In this document: piece by piece, positions 7,779 through 17,798 of the stretch
How positions within the stretch are numbered: the first letter of the stretch is position 1
Layout: each line of letters begins with the position of its first letter
Source of the DNA: Planctomycetales bacterium
GTDB taxonomy: Bacteria > 4484-113 > JAFGCY01
Reading direction: 5' to 3'
Length of the DNA stretch: 32,000 nt
Assembly: GCA_022646745.1 (NCBI GenBank)
Contig: CP060262.1
Coordinates: forward strand, 2,550,001 to 2,582,000
Position numbers and translations under genes: made by a program
Notes under the pieces: model-generated
The model's input: only the letters and a program-made list of their open reading frames with translations
The model's database searches: none
Told to the model about the DNA's origin: nothing

Positions 7779-9466
7779 CTGCCGCCGTCTTCCTCGAGGT
7801 ACAGCTTCTGGTGGTGCAGGTCGAAGGTCACGATGCGCTCGAGGAACATTGAATTGCCAAATGAGCCGATGCGGGACTGCTTGGGCTCCTCGCCCGGTGC
7901 CAGGTTCTCCACGAAGGTCAGTGGCTGGCGGATACTCGTCGTGCCGACCTTCACTTCATCCGGGCGGATGATGTAGAAGGCGGTGCGCCCGTGGATCGTG
8001 ACACCGCTGCCAATGTTCTCGATCTCGTAGTTGATTCCGGCACGGTCGATCGCCCAGGCGTAGAGGGTGAACAGCGGCTGGGCCCCGGTGTTGATGAAGG
8101 CACCGCCATTGATCGCCCCGTCCACCACGATGTCCACCCAGGGCAGGCTGTCACGGTGGAAGCTGACCTCGTTGTAGTTGCTGCCGAGATGCAGGTCCGG
8201 GTCGAACTGCTCCGGCGGGTAGAGGTACATCCGCTTGCGTTTCATGTCGAGGCGCACGATGTAGTTGTTCAGGATCAGGCTGCCGAGCAGGCCGGAGACA
8301 TTGCCATTCTCCATGCTCTCCTCCAGCTTGCCGCCGTCGGTCAGCACGGCTGCCGGAAAATCCGGGATCGGGATCCGGCCGTTCAGTTTCAGTCCGCTGA
8401 CCCTCGTATATTGCACATCAGCCTTGCCGCCATGCCCGGTCACTTCCTCATCCCCCAGCAGGCGGCAGCCGAGCTCACGAGCCACATCACGACGCAGCAG
8501 GCCGACATTGGCGCCGGTGTCCAGCTTGAATCGCAGGCGCTGGCCATCCGGCCCAGTCGCCGACACGAGGATGCTGTCATCGGTGTAGCTGAATGGCAAC
8601 TGGTAGGGAACGCTGGGCAGTTCCGGCATTGCCACCGCCGGGGATTCACGCTGCTCAAAGAAGCCGGCAGGCTGCTTGTCCGCATGCGCCACACTTGTCG
8701 TGTAGAAATTGCGGTCGCGGGCGATCAGCCCCTCTGAACCGAACTTGCGCAGCAGGATCTGCTGCGGGTACAGGCAGCCCTCGCCATTGTCCTGCCAGTC
8801 GTCAAATGCCAGGTAGCGGAAGATCTGGCTGGAGTCCATGTTGCGCTCATTGCCCTGCAGCATGCCGCGCAGCAGCCATGTGCCCGGCTCGATCAGCAGC
8901 AGCAGCTGGCTCATGCCCGGCGGGCTGTACTTCAGCACATGGTAGCCGGTGCGGAACTGCAGCGGGATGTTGTCAGCAGCGCTGATGTACTGCTGCTGCT
9001 CATCACTGAGGTAGTGCATGTACTGGATGTACTGCTGGCTGACGTCAGTGCCGCCCTCGCCATCCACTTCATAGGGCAGCACCATGTCACTGCCGTACCA
9101 GTGCTGGTTGCCATCGAAGCCGAACACTTCGGTGAAGCCCAGCCAGTAATGTTCCTGGCGGAACCGCTTGCCCTGCACCCAGACGCCGATTCCCTTCTCC
9201 TCCTCGGGATCGCCGTCACGGAACTCGAGCTTCACCGGATCAGTCCTGAAGTAGTCAATCGTGGACTGCATCACATCCAGGTGATGCTGCAGCACTTCCT
9301 CAGCCGGCATGCTGTCATCGAATGGAAACAGTGCTGGCAGTTCACTGACACGGCTGAACAGCGCACGGCTGCGGTCAGTGACGGCCTCCTGCTGGGCAGG
9401 GGCGTATGAGGGGATCTGGCATGCCATCATGGCAAGCAGCAGGACAACTGGCAGTCTCGCACGCAA
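7775..9466 (-). CDS. Secreted protein with two retropepsin-like aspartyl protease lobes; second catalytic motif degenerate (NTG)
   Basis: Signal peptide MRARLPVVLLLAMMAC. First lobe RFKLDTGANVGLL (D-T-G-A). Second lobe GAFINTGAQPLF, with Asn codon AAC at 8090-8092. TTG start 9 nt after the stop of the upstream paralog. Confidence 0.6.
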   Translation of the reverse strand: MRARLPVVLLLAMMACQIPSYAPAQQEAVTDRSRALFSRVSELPALFPFDDSMPAEEVLQHHLDVMQSTIDYFRTDPVKLEFRDGDPEEEKGIGVWVQGKRFRQEHYWLGFTEVFGFDGNQHWYGSDMVLPYEVDGEGGTDVSQQYIQYMHYLSDEQQQYISAADNIPLQFRTGYHVLKYSPPGMSQLLLLIEPGTWLLRGMLQGNERNMDSSQIFRYLAFDDWQDNGEGCLYPQQILLRKFGSEGLIARDRNFYTTSVAHADKQPAGFFEQRESPAVAMPELPSVPYQLPFSYTDDSILVSATGPDGQRLRFKLDTGANVGLLRRDVARELGCRLLGDEEVTGHGGKADVQYTRVSGLKLNGRIPIPDFPAAVLTDGGKLEESMENGNVSGLLGSLILNNYIVRLDMKRKRMYLYPPEQFDPDLHLGSNYNEVSFHRDSLPWVDIVVDGAINGGAFINTGAQPLFTLYAWAIDRAGINYEIENIGSGVTIHGRTAFYIIRPDEVKVGTTSIRQPLTFVENLAPGEEPKQSRIGSFGNSMFLERIVTFDLHHQKLYLEEDGGS

Positions 9467-9475
9467 GGTTGTCGA

Positions 9476-11206
9476 TCAGCCCCCGTTGCCTTCTTCCTGG
9501 CCCGCTGCCATTTCATCCGCGGCGGAATCTGCGCCAGCGGCATCCGGGCCTTCTGCGGCAGCCTGCTGCTGCGCCTCGAAGTTCTCACGCATCTGCTGCT
9601 GGACTTCCGCATCGGGCTCGATGTACATCTTCTGGTTGAACAGGTCGAGTGTGACCCGCTGCTGCTGGAAGAAGAACACGCCGACGTAGCCCAGCAGCAG
9701 GCGTCCGCTCATGGTGCCGCGGTCGTCACTGGTGATTGATGCGATCTTGTTCTCCAGGTGCAGCGGGCCGATGTCAAAGGCCGGCACGTTGACAAAGTCA
9801 AACTTGCGCACGCCGCCGACGACGGTGCTCTCACCGGAGTACTGCTTCTCCAGCTCGACGCCGTAGTGGTCGAGCGTCTCGCTGAGCAGCGCCAGGTCCA
9901 GCTGCAGGCCGGTGTCAATCACCACCTCGCCGAGCACGGAGTAGTTCAGGCGGCCCAGTGCATAGACCAGGTCCTCCACGTCCAGCTCGAGGAAGGCGTA
10001 GGGACGGCTGAGCGCCGTGTCCGGGTCGAAGTTGTCAGCGTTGTAGAGTGTGAGGCGGTTGTTCGGCAGGTCGAAGCGGGTGACGTACTGGTGGAACAGG
10101 CTGATCCCCATCAGGCCGCTGGCGCCGTAGCTGCCGAGCGTGTCAATCAGGACCTGGCTGCTGCTTGGGTCGATCACCGTGGCCGGGAAGCCCGACAGCT
10201 TGACGTGGTCGCCGTCTGCAGTGCCGAGGTAAGCGCTCTCGCAGAGGCCGATCGAGAAGTCCGCGCTGCTGCCGTGGCCATGGGCCTTCGTGTTGAGCGA
10301 TGTCTCGAAGTTGGCATCCGCCGCCGCAGCCGGGCTGAACAGCGAAGCGCTGGCACCGGTGTCCAGCAGGAAGTAATGCGTGTTGTCACTGCCCTCGAAG
10401 CTGAGCGGCACGAACATGTAGCCGTTCTTGACTACGATGTCCACGTCCACACCCTCAGGCGCCAGCTGCTGCGGGTTGCCGACGGGATGGCGCTCGAAGT
10501 CGAAGTTGAACTCAGCCGGGATGTCATCGACCATCTCGGTGTGGTCAACAATGTACTCGGTGAAGTTGATGCGGTTGCCGTTCTGGTCCAGCTCGGAGGA
10601 AGTTTCCTTCTCCGTGATCAGCCGTCCTTCCTCATCTGTCGTGTAGTAGTAGAAGGTGCGGTAGGTGATGCTTTCCGGGTCATCCGGGGCGAAGCGCACC
10701 TCGCTGGTCATGACCTGCATGTACTCCGGGTCGTCCTTGTCAGAGAACATCACCAGCTTGACCGGTGGCAGGCCCTCCGGGCTGAACACGAAGTTGTAGC
10801 CACCTGCATCCTCATCGATGTAGTGCATGTCATCCCACCACGGGTCATTGAGGTAGTCGCCGCTGGCCAGGATGTTCATCACCGCGTTGGAGGGGCTGTC
10901 CTTCTCCTCGATCTGGTAGGGCAGGGTGTAGTTGCTGCCGGCCCAGTTGCCCTTTTCGCCGTAGTAGCTGATGGACTGAAGGTCGCCGTAGTTGTACTTC
11001 ACGATCCAGACATCGTCATGGAACACGGCGCGGAAATCACCTTCACTGCCGTTCTGCTCAATCCTGCCGCTCAGCAGCAGGCCCTGCTCAAAGGAGTTGA
11101 AGTACTTCCGGGCGGCTTCCCGGTGCATCTCCCTGTAGTCGGGCTTGTCCTGCGCCGCGGCGAGCGCTGGCAGCAGGGCGATCAGAGTTGCGAGCAAAAT
11201 CCGCAT
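9476..11206 (-). CDS. Secreted protein with two retropepsin-like aspartyl protease lobes (both DTG intact)
   Basis: Signal peptide MRILLATLIALLPALAAA. First lobe YFLLDTGASASLF, second lobe EVVIDTGLQLDLAL. Acidic, Gln/Ala-rich C-terminal tail. Paralog of 7775-9466 with the same architecture. Confidence 0.65.
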   Translation of the reverse strand: MRILLATLIALLPALAAAQDKPDYREMHREAARKYFNSFEQGLLLSGRIEQNGSEGDFRAVFHDDVWIVKYNYGDLQSISYYGEKGNWAGSNYTLPYQIEEKDSPSNAVMNILASGDYLNDPWWDDMHYIDEDAGGYNFVFSPEGLPPVKLVMFSDKDDPEYMQVMTSEVRFAPDDPESITYRTFYYYTTDEEGRLITEKETSSELDQNGNRINFTEYIVDHTEMVDDIPAEFNFDFERHPVGNPQQLAPEGVDVDIVVKNGYMFVPLSFEGSDNTHYFLLDTGASASLFSPAAAADANFETSLNTKAHGHGSSADFSIGLCESAYLGTADGDHVKLSGFPATVIDPSSSQVLIDTLGSYGASGLMGISLFHQYVTRFDLPNNRLTLYNADNFDPDTALSRPYAFLELDVEDLVYALGRLNYSVLGEVVIDTGLQLDLALLSETLDHYGVELEKQYSGESTVVGGVRKFDFVNVPAFDIGPLHLENKIASITSDDRGTMSGRLLLGYVGVFFFQQQRVTLDLFNQKMYIEPDAEVQQQMRENFEAQQQAAAEGPDAAGADSAADEMAAGQEEGNGG

Positions 11207-11279
11207 GCATGGTTCCTGGACAGTAAATGTAGACCTTTTATTCTATTCGACGCATTCGCGCCCTTAGGCAAAGCGGCTC

Positions 11280-12356
11280 TCAGACATTGAAGCGGATGTT
11301 CATGATGTCCCCGTCCTGCGTGACGTACTCCTTGCCCTCCAGCCGGTACTTGCCGGCGGCCTTCGCTTCCTTCTCCCCGCCAAGCGCCTTGAAGTCCTCA
11401 AAGGCGATGGTCTCGGCGCGGATGAAGCCGCGGGCCAGGTCGGAGTGGATCGTGCCGGCAGTCTGCTGGGCATTGCTGCCGCGGCGCACGGACCAGCTGC
11501 GGCATTCCTTCTCGCTGGCGGTGAGGAAGGTGATCAGGCTCAGGGTGGAGTAGGCGGTGCGGATGAAGCGGGGCAGGGCGCGCTCGCTGATGCCGAACTC
11601 GGACATGTACTCGGCGGCATCCTCATCCGTCATGCCGCTCAGCTCCGCTTCGAGGGCAGCGCTCATCACGACGTGCGGCAGGCCCAGTTCCTCGCAGGCG
11701 GCGATCGCCTGCGGCATGCCGGTGATCGAGGCGGGATAACTGCTGATGTCGGAGTCCGCTATGTTGAGCACCGCAATCACGGGCTTGATGCTCATCGGGG
11801 CCAGGTCGCTGAGGCTCTTCAGCTCATCAGCGGACAGTTCCATGCGGCTGAGCGGTTCACCTTCCTCGAGGCGGCCCATGATGCGCTGGCAGAGTTCCAG
11901 CTTGGCCTTCATTTCCTTGTCCGGCTTGACGCGGGTGGTCTTCTCGAGGCTGGTGACAGCGCGTTCGAAGATCACGTAGTCCAGCAGCACCAGCTCCTCG
12001 ACCATGCCGCGGATCTGCCTGGCGGCCTCCTCGGCCATCTCATCGAACAGGCCGACGACCAGCGCAAGGGTGTCCATCTTGCGGTAGAGCTCGAGCACTG
12101 CGTTCTTGAGCTTCTTCTCGGTGGAGGCCGGGTCAAAGCCGGGGATGTCAAACACCTCAAGCGTGGCATGTACCTTGCTCTTCGTGTTGTAATGCTCCGA
12201 GAGGAAGTCCAGCCGCTCATCCGGGATCTTGACCACGGCCTGGTTGGGCTTCAGGTCATAGCCGAGGAACTGCGGCGAGACAGCTTGCGCCGTCAGGGCC
12301 TGGAAGACGGTGCTCTTGCCCCCGCCGGGATAGCCAAACAGTCCTACCTTAGTCAT
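11280..12356 (-). CDS. ychF: Ribosome-binding ATPase YchF (Obg-like)
   Basis: P-loop GLFGYPGGGKSTVFQALT at the N-terminus and a C-terminal TGS-like end, RLEGKEYVTQDGDIMNIRFNV, characteristic of YchF. 358 aa. Confidence 0.9.
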   Translation of the reverse strand: MTKVGLFGYPGGGKSTVFQALTAQAVSPQFLGYDLKPNQAVVKIPDERLDFLSEHYNTKSKVHATLEVFDIPGFDPASTEKKLKNAVLELYRKMDTLALVVGLFDEMAEEAARQIRGMVEELVLLDYVIFERAVTSLEKTTRVKPDKEMKAKLELCQRIMGRLEEGEPLSRMELSADELKSLSDLAPMSIKPVIAVLNIADSDISSYPASITGMPQAIAACEELGLPHVVMSAALEAELSGMTDEDAAEYMSEFGISERALPRFIRTAYSTLSLITFLTASEKECRSWSVRRGSNAQQTAGTIHSDLARGFIRAETIAFEDFKALGGEKEAKAAGKYRLEGKEYVTQDGDIMNIRFNV

Positions 12357-12428
12357 CGCGCCGTATTATAGCCGCGAACAGTGGTCAGTAGTCAGAGGAC
12401 AGTCGTCAGCAAGATGGCAGATAACTCG

Positions 12429-12449
12429 TTCATTGGATCAGGTCCACGA
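12429..12449. repeat. 21-nt direct repeat, copy 1 (3' end of membrane paralog 1)
   Basis: TTCATTGGATCAGGTCCACGA is identical to 13409-13429. On the minus strand it encodes VDLIQ plus the stop. Confidence 0.95.
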
Positions 12450-13413
12450 TCCGGGGCATTACGACCTGGTATGTACCGACGAGCGGCCAGCCGATGGACT
12501 GCATCACGGGTGCGAGGATCGATTCCTGGCTGATGCCAGTGAAAAAGGCACCACTGGCATAATCGGTGAAGTGCCTATAAACAAATGCGAAGAAGAGGAC
12601 ATTCAGGCAGCAGGCAGGCATGAGTATTAGCGTTGCCAATTTACTGCGCAACATGAGAAAGACTGGCAAATGGATAAGCAGAAGGGTCAGCGGATTCTCG
12701 CTGGCCTGGAGCCAGGTCCAGGCTGTATCTTGAAAACCTGTGGAATACCAGTCCCAGCTGCAGTTCTTTATGGCAAGGAATGTGAGCGCCCAGCATATGT
12801 ACATTGCATACCAGCGACGCGTGGGCGATAACCCCTCGTTCAGGAATCGCTGCAGCAGGAAGATCGGAACAGCCAGGTAGATGCTTGCAATGACTGTGAA
12901 CAGGAGATGCTCAGACGATGAAAGAAGATCAGTTCGTGAGTTAAGGCTGGCAATCTGTGGACTTCTAAGAACAAAAGGCTCTAGCAGGCAGAATATGAGG
13001 ACGACGGTGTAGGAAACAGACAAGCCGGTAATCCTCGCACACAGGTTGACGGTGCCTTGAATACCTTGAATCGTTTCATCCAGCCTGGCTGGAAACCGCA
13101 ACATGGCAAAGGGGATTGCAATTGCCAGCAGGTAAAAGGGCGAGCTTGGCATCGCGTAGGGTCTCAGCAGGTAACTTCTCTCGGAAACAAAGAATGAGCC
13201 TGCTCCATCCAGGTCAATCGCAGGGAAGACAATGTACATTGTCAGCAATCCGTAAAACAGCGACCCACCGACAATCAGCAGAAACAGGAAGCGAATCCTG
13301 GCGCCATGTTGTGCATTGTACAGCCGCCAGGCCACGCAGAACTCATCCCAGGGGACGTCGGTCATGCGCAGAAAGAAGGACTTTAGCATTGCCCTGAGTA
13401 TAGGCCCCTTCAT
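12430..13413 (-). CDS. Polytopic membrane protein, unknown family (paralog 1, lower GC)
   Basis: About 8 predicted TM segments. It shares [38 protein letters not shown] and the C-terminal VDLIQ with the adjacent gene. Its ATG (13413-13411) overlaps the upstream TGA (13412-13410) as ATGA. Confidence 0.7.
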   Translation of the reverse strand: MKGPILRAMLKSFFLRMTDVPWDEFCVAWRLYNAQHGARIRFLFLLIVGGSLFYGLLTMYIVFPAIDLDGAGSFFVSERSYLLRPYAMPSSPFYLLAIAIPFAMLRFPARLDETIQGIQGTVNLCARITGLSVSYTVVLIFCLLEPFVLRSPQIASLNSRTDLLSSSEHLLFTVIASIYLAVPIFLLQRFLNEGLSPTRRWYAMYICWALTFLAIKNCSWDWYSTGFQDTAWTWLQASENPLTLLLIHLPVFLMLRSKLATLILMPACCLNVLFFAFVYRHFTDYASGAFFTGISQESILAPVMQSIGWPLVGTYQVVMPRIVDLIQ

Positions 13414-13429
13414 TGGATCAGGTCCACGA
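13409..13429. repeat. 21-nt direct repeat, copy 2 (3' end of paralog 2 / start codon of paralog 1)
   Basis: Identical to 12429-12449 and 980 nt away. The two copies bracket exactly the lower-GC paralog. Confidence 0.95.
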
Positions 13430-14465
13430 AATGGCCGATGGAAGTCCCCTCAGTGCCGAGCACGATCCAGCCCAGGCGCTCCCACATGATTGCGAAGCGG
13501 GATGCCTGCCCTGTGGAGCTGAAGTGGCCATACACGAATGCGAAGAACAGCGGGTTCAGGCAGAAGAAGATGTACACGGGCAGTGCCAGCCGCCCGGCGT
13601 AACGGATTGCCAGCAGTGGCAGGAAGCCCACGAGGAAGACCAGGTAGTCCCGGTGGGGAAAGTAGAGGCGCTGGAACACGTCGTAGTGGATGTCCCATGT
13701 GCAGTTCTTCAGCAGCAGGAAGGAAACTGCCCAGCTGGCGTAGGCAGCGATCCAGCTTGCAGTGGGCCTCCTGCCCGGTTGCCAGAATCGCTGCAGCAGG
13801 AAGATGGCGCAGGCCAGGTAGAAGATCGCCCAGGGGATCAGTTCAGTGCGCAGCCTGTATTCGGTGTGGACCGATGTGTACATCGGCGTTGCCAGCACGT
13901 AGGCCTCGCAGATGCAGTACACAACGATGGGGGGGAGTGACAACAGCATTGCTGCCAAGCGGGGGGCCAAGGCAGGTGCTTGGCCCGCAGGTGCATCAAC
14001 TGCTGCCGCTGGAGGGACAGGCAGCGGTACCAGGGGAATCAGGATGGCCAGCAGGTAGAGCGGGGAGGCCACGGGGTTGCGCCAGTAGATGTCTGCAACC
14101 GAGGGGAAGAAGCTGCCCGCTCCATCAAGGTCCAGCGCCGGCAGGATGATCCGGCTGGCGGGGATTGCCAGCAGCAGTGAGAGAGCGGTGATTGACAGGG
14201 CAAGAATCCACAGCCGGGCGGCGTTCCCGCCGAAGTACTGTCGCGCCACTTCGAGATTCCTTCCAGACTGGGCTTCAACCTGAATGGATTGCACGGTTTT
14301 CACACGCTGAATATAGCAATTGTTAATCGAGCTCACCACTTGCCCTGAGCATATTGGATATCTCAGGTAAGCAATCTCCCCAGTATTGATGAGGCTTAAG
14401 CACCATTCGTGACTGCCCGGCCGAGTTAATGAAAATACAATCTCAATTAATATTGGTTGTTGCAT
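13410..14465 (-). CDS. Polytopic membrane protein, unknown family (paralog 2)
   Basis: Contains the same conserved blocks: [38 protein letters not shown] and VDLIQ. Start uncertain. ATG 14465 would overlap the longest kinase ORF. An internal GTG preceded by GGAAGG (giving VARQYFGG...) is an alternative. Confidence 0.65.
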   Translation of the reverse strand: MQQPILIEIVFSLTRPGSHEWCLSLINTGEIAYLRYPICSGQVVSSINNCYIQRVKTVQSIQVEAQSGRNLEVARQYFGGNAARLWILALSITALSLLLAIPASRIILPALDLDGAGSFFPSVADIYWRNPVASPLYLLAILIPLVPLPVPPAAAVDAPAGQAPALAPRLAAMLLSLPPIVVYCICEAYVLATPMYTSVHTEYRLRTELIPWAIFYLACAIFLLQRFWQPGRRPTASWIAAYASWAVSFLLLKNCTWDIHYDVFQRLYFPHRDYLVFLVGFLPLLAIRYAGRLALPVYIFFCLNPLFFAFVYGHFSSTGQASRFAIMWERLGWIVLGTEGTSIGHFVDLIQ

Positions 14466-17400
14466 TCAAAAACCGAAAAAGCGTTAGATTGTTTGAAATG
14501 TTGCAATCCTGTTCCAGGCATCCCGCGAATCCGGCTGAGGGAAACCGGCGTATCATCCGGTTGAGGTTGTGCATTGCTGCCCTGATTCTTGGATTGTTCC
14601 TGCTGGACCTGTCCATCCCACTCGGCGTGGCTGCGGGTGTGCCATACGTACTGGCAATCCTGCTGAGCGGCAGCCTGCTCAGCTCACGCTGCACCTTCAT
14701 GGCCGGTATCATCTGCAGCCTGCTGACCATCGCCGGATACTACATGTCACCGGACGGCGGCATCCACTGGATGGTGCTTGCCAACCGCGGGCTGGCCCTG
14801 CTTGCAATCTGGTCCGTTGCCATTGCCACGATCAGGCGAAACCAGACCTACATGCAGCATGAGGACCTGGCACAGCAGCTTGAACAGGCACTGAAGGGCA
14901 GTGACCTGGGGACCTGGAACTGGAATGTGCAGACCGGTGAAGTAACTTTCAACGAACGCTGGGCAACCATGCTCGGCTATCACCCGTCGGAGATAGAGCC
15001 CAATGTCAAGGCTTGGGAAAAACTGCTGCACCCTGATGATGTGGAGCATGTAACCCTGGCCCTGCAGCAGCATTTCGCCGGCCTGTCCCCTCATTACGAA
15101 ACGGAGCAGCGACTGCTCAGGAAGGACGGAAGCTGGTGCTGGATCCTGGACAAGGGTAAGGTGACAGACTTTGACAAGGAAGGCAAGCCGCTGCGCATGA
15201 GTGGTACGCACCTTGACATCACCAGCTCCAAGGCCAGCCAGTTGCTGGTTGAGGAGATGGCGGAGAAACTGGAGCGAGCACTCGAGGGTGCGGAGCTCGG
15301 GACCTGGCACTGGAACATAGAAAGCGGTGAAGTGATCGTTGGCAAGCGCTGGGCCGGCATGCTGGGATACACGGTGGACCAGCTCGAACCGGATGTCAGC
15401 ATGTGGGAAAGCCTGCTGCATCCTGACGACAAGGACAGGGTGATGACAGCGCTGCAGGCCCACCTTGAAGGGAAGACAGCATCCTTTGAAGTTGAGGTAA
15501 GGATGCTGACTGCCAGTGGCGAATGGTTCTGGGTGCTGGACAAGGGCAGGGTCGTGGAACGTGACGCAGCGGGCGAGCCCCTGCGAATGAGTGGCACCCA
15601 CCTTGGGATCAACCACCTGAAGAAGGTCCAGATCGAACTGGAGAACAACCAGCGGCAGATGCAGCGAGTACTGCAGGCTGCACGGGAAACGGCGATCGTA
15701 TCCACCGACACTGACGGACTTGTCACACTGTTCAGCACCGGGGCAGAGCAGATGCTCGGCTACACCGCTGAGGAAATCGTTGGCAAGACCTCGCCCGCCA
15801 TCTGGCATGACATGGACGAAGTGGTGGCCCGTGGCGTGGAGCTGACTGAGGAACTAGGCAGGGAAGTGGCGGGCTTCGGAGTGTTCATCGAGAAGCCGCT
15901 GCTTGAAGGCCATGAGACGAGGAACTGGACTTTCATCCGCAAGGATGGCGAGAGGCGCATCGGGCAGCTCACAGCCACGGCGATCCTGGACAATGCCGGA
16001 ACGATCACCGGATTCCTCGGTGTGTTCATTGACGTGACTGCCCGGATTGAGGCGGAGAAGGAAAAGGAACAGGCGATGGAACTCCTGCAGGCCTCGATGG
16101 AACGCGTGTCGGAATTCGCCAGTGAGATGGAGTTCAAGAACCTTGAACTGGAGAAGGCCAGGCTAGAGGCTGAATCCTCCACCCGCGCACGCAGTGAGTT
16201 CCTTGCCAACATGAGCCATGAGATCCGTACACCGATGAACGGTGTCGTGGGCATGCTGGACCTGCTCAAGTCCACGGACCTGAATGATGAGCAGCTGGAC
16301 TTTGCCAACACAGCCAGCGGCTCAGCCGAATCCCTGCTGACGATCATCAACGACATCCTCGACTTCTCAAAGATCGATTCCGGCAAGCTGGAGCTAGAGG
16401 AGATCCCATTTGACCTGCGGGACGTCGTCGAGGGTTCGACGGACCTGCTTGCAGCCAAGTGCCAGGACAAGCAGCTCGAACTGGTACAGCACATCGACCC
16501 GGAGATGCCCGTGCTGCTTGTCGGGGACCCCGGCCGGCTGCGCCAGATCCTGCTGAACCTGATTGGCAACGCCATCAAGTTCACAACGGAGGGCGAGGTG
16601 ACGGTGATGGTGCGGGAGATGCAGCGTGAAGGCGACGAGGTCGTGGTGCGGTTCGAGGTCAGTGACACCGGCATCGGCATCTCCCCGGAAGCCCAGGACA
16701 AGCTGTTCCAGTCGTTCACACAGGCTGACAGCTCCACCACGCGGCGCTTCGGCGGCACCGGACTGGGACTTGCAATCAGCCGCCAGCTGTCTGAAATGAT
16801 GGGTGGCGAGATCGGCGTCGAGAGTGAACCGGGCAAGGGATCCACGTTCTGGTTCTATTGCCGGCTGCACATCGACCTGGAAGCGGCACCTGTTGCCACG
16901 GCTGACCTTGCCGAGCTCAGGAACCTCCGTGCGCTTGTCATCGATGACAACCGCACCAACCTGACGATCCTCGAACAGCAGCTGACGCACATGGGCCTGC
17001 GCGCGGTGCTGTGTGAGCATGGCTCAGAGGTGGAAGCGCTCATCCGGGAAGCACGCGAGCTCGGTGACCCGTTCCACCTCCTGTTCCTTGACCACCACAT
17101 GCCGGACATGGAGGGGGACACGGTTGCCAGGCAGGTCCGCGAGCTGGTGGACCACAAGGACCTGGGGATCATCCTGCTGACCTCGGCCGGACGTCGCGGC
17201 GATGCGCGCAAGATGCAGGCGATCGGAGTGGATGGCTACTTGATCAAGCCGGTCAAGACAGGCATGCTCGAAAAGGCGATGCTGATGGTGCGCGGACTGT
17301 CAACGCGGGTCGGCGAGGGCGCTTCGCACAGGCTGGTGACGCAGCACAGCATCAAGGACCACGAGCGCCGCAACGTGCGGATCCTGCTCGTGGAGGACAA

Positions 17401-17785
17401 CAAGGTCAACCAGAAGGTGGCAACGAAGTTCATCACACGCAATGGCTACCATGTAGAGATTGCCGAGAACGGGGTTGAGGCCATCGACATGCTCCTTGAC
17501 GGCAGCTACGACATGGTACTGATGGATTGCCAGATGCCGGTGATGGACGGCTTCGAGGCCACGAGGCGGATCCGGGAACTGGGTGGCGCTAAGTCACGCA
17601 TCCCGATCGTGGCAATGACGGCGAATGCCATGGAAGGAGATCGTGAGCAGTGTATCGCCGCAGGCATGGATGACTACCTGAGCAAGCCGATCAAGCCGGA
17701 CCTGCTGGAGGCGATGATCCGCCAGTACGGGAACTCAGTTATCACCGGTGCGGTGCCTGAGGAATCCACCACGCTTGTCAACTGA
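14429..17785 (+). CDS. Hybrid sensor histidine kinase (membrane module, 3 PAS, HisKA, HATPase_c, 2 receiver domains)
   Basis: About four N-terminal TM segments without a large periplasmic loop. Two tandem near-duplicate PAS domains ([13 protein letters not shown]... and [13 protein letters not shown]..., both ending PLRMSGTHL) and a third PAS. H-box [11 protein letters not shown]; N/G boxes [25 protein letters not shown]. Receiver domains with DHHMPDMEG and DCQMPVMDG. The start may be ATG 14498 rather than 14429. Confidence 0.92.
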   Translation: MKIQSQLILVVAFKNRKSVRLFEMLQSCSRHPANPAEGNRRIIRLRLCIAALILGLFLLDLSIPLGVAAGVPYVLAILLSGSLLSSRCTFMAGIICSLLTIAGYYMSPDGGIHWMVLANRGLALLAIWSVAIATIRRNQTYMQHEDLAQQLEQALKGSDLGTWNWNVQTGEVTFNERWATMLGYHPSEIEPNVKAWEKLLHPDDVEHVTLALQQHFAGLSPHYETEQRLLRKDGSWCWILDKGKVTDFDKEGKPLRMSGTHLDITSSKASQLLVEEMAEKLERALEGAELGTWHWNIESGEVIVGKRWAGMLGYTVDQLEPDVSMWESLLHPDDKDRVMTALQAHLEGKTASFEVEVRMLTASGEWFWVLDKGRVVERDAAGEPLRMSGTHLGINHLKKVQIELENNQRQMQRVLQAARETAIVSTDTDGLVTLFSTGAEQMLGYTAEEIVGKTSPAIWHDMDEVVARGVELTEELGREVAGFGVFIEKPLLEGHETRNWTFIRKDGERRIGQLTATAILDNAGTITGFLGVFIDVTARIEAEKEKEQAMELLQASMERVSEFASEMEFKNLELEKARLEAESSTRARSEFLANMSHEIRTPMNGVVGMLDLLKSTDLNDEQLDFANTASGSAESLLTIINDILDFSKIDSGKLELEEIPFDLRDVVEGSTDLLAAKCQDKQLELVQHIDPEMPVLLVGDPGRLRQILLNLIGNAIKFTTEGEVTVMVREMQREGDEVVVRFEVSDTGIGISPEAQDKLFQSFTQADSSTTRRFGGTGLGLAISRQLSEMMGGEIGVESEPGKGSTFWFYCRLHIDLEAAPVATADLAELRNLRALVIDDNRTNLTILEQQLTHMGLRAVLCEHGSEVEALIREARELGDPFHLLFLDHHMPDMEGDTVARQVRELVDHKDLGIILLTSAGRRGDARKMQAIGVDGYLIKPVKTGMLEKAMLMVRGLSTRVGEGASHRLVTQHSIKDHERRNVRILLVEDNKVNQKVATKFITRNGYHVEIAENGVEAIDMLLDGSYDMVLMDCQMPVMDGFEATRRIRELGGAKSRIPIVAMTANAMEGDREQCIAAGMDDYLSKPIKPDLLEAMIRQYGNSVITGAVPEESTTLVN

Positions 17786-17798
17786 TCCTGTGTGCCGC

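Noticed and set aside
9758-11290. A 510-aa plus-strand ORF antisense to the aspartyl-protease-like gene. Similar long shadow ORFs lie at 1179-2345, 11445-12371, 14747-15808, 15760-16845, 22261-23055 and 25894-26862.
   Set aside because: Same reasoning: the composition is typical of GC-rich antisense frames (Val, Ala, Arg, Gly, Leu, His runs), there are no recognisable domains, and the opposite strand carries the credible gene.
12431-12433. An ATG embedded in the first copy of the 21-nt repeat, as a possible start of a third tandem paralog
   Set aside because: The downstream frame reads MNELSAILLTTVL and stops after 13 codons, with no similarity to the paralogs. At most it is a remnant, not a gene.
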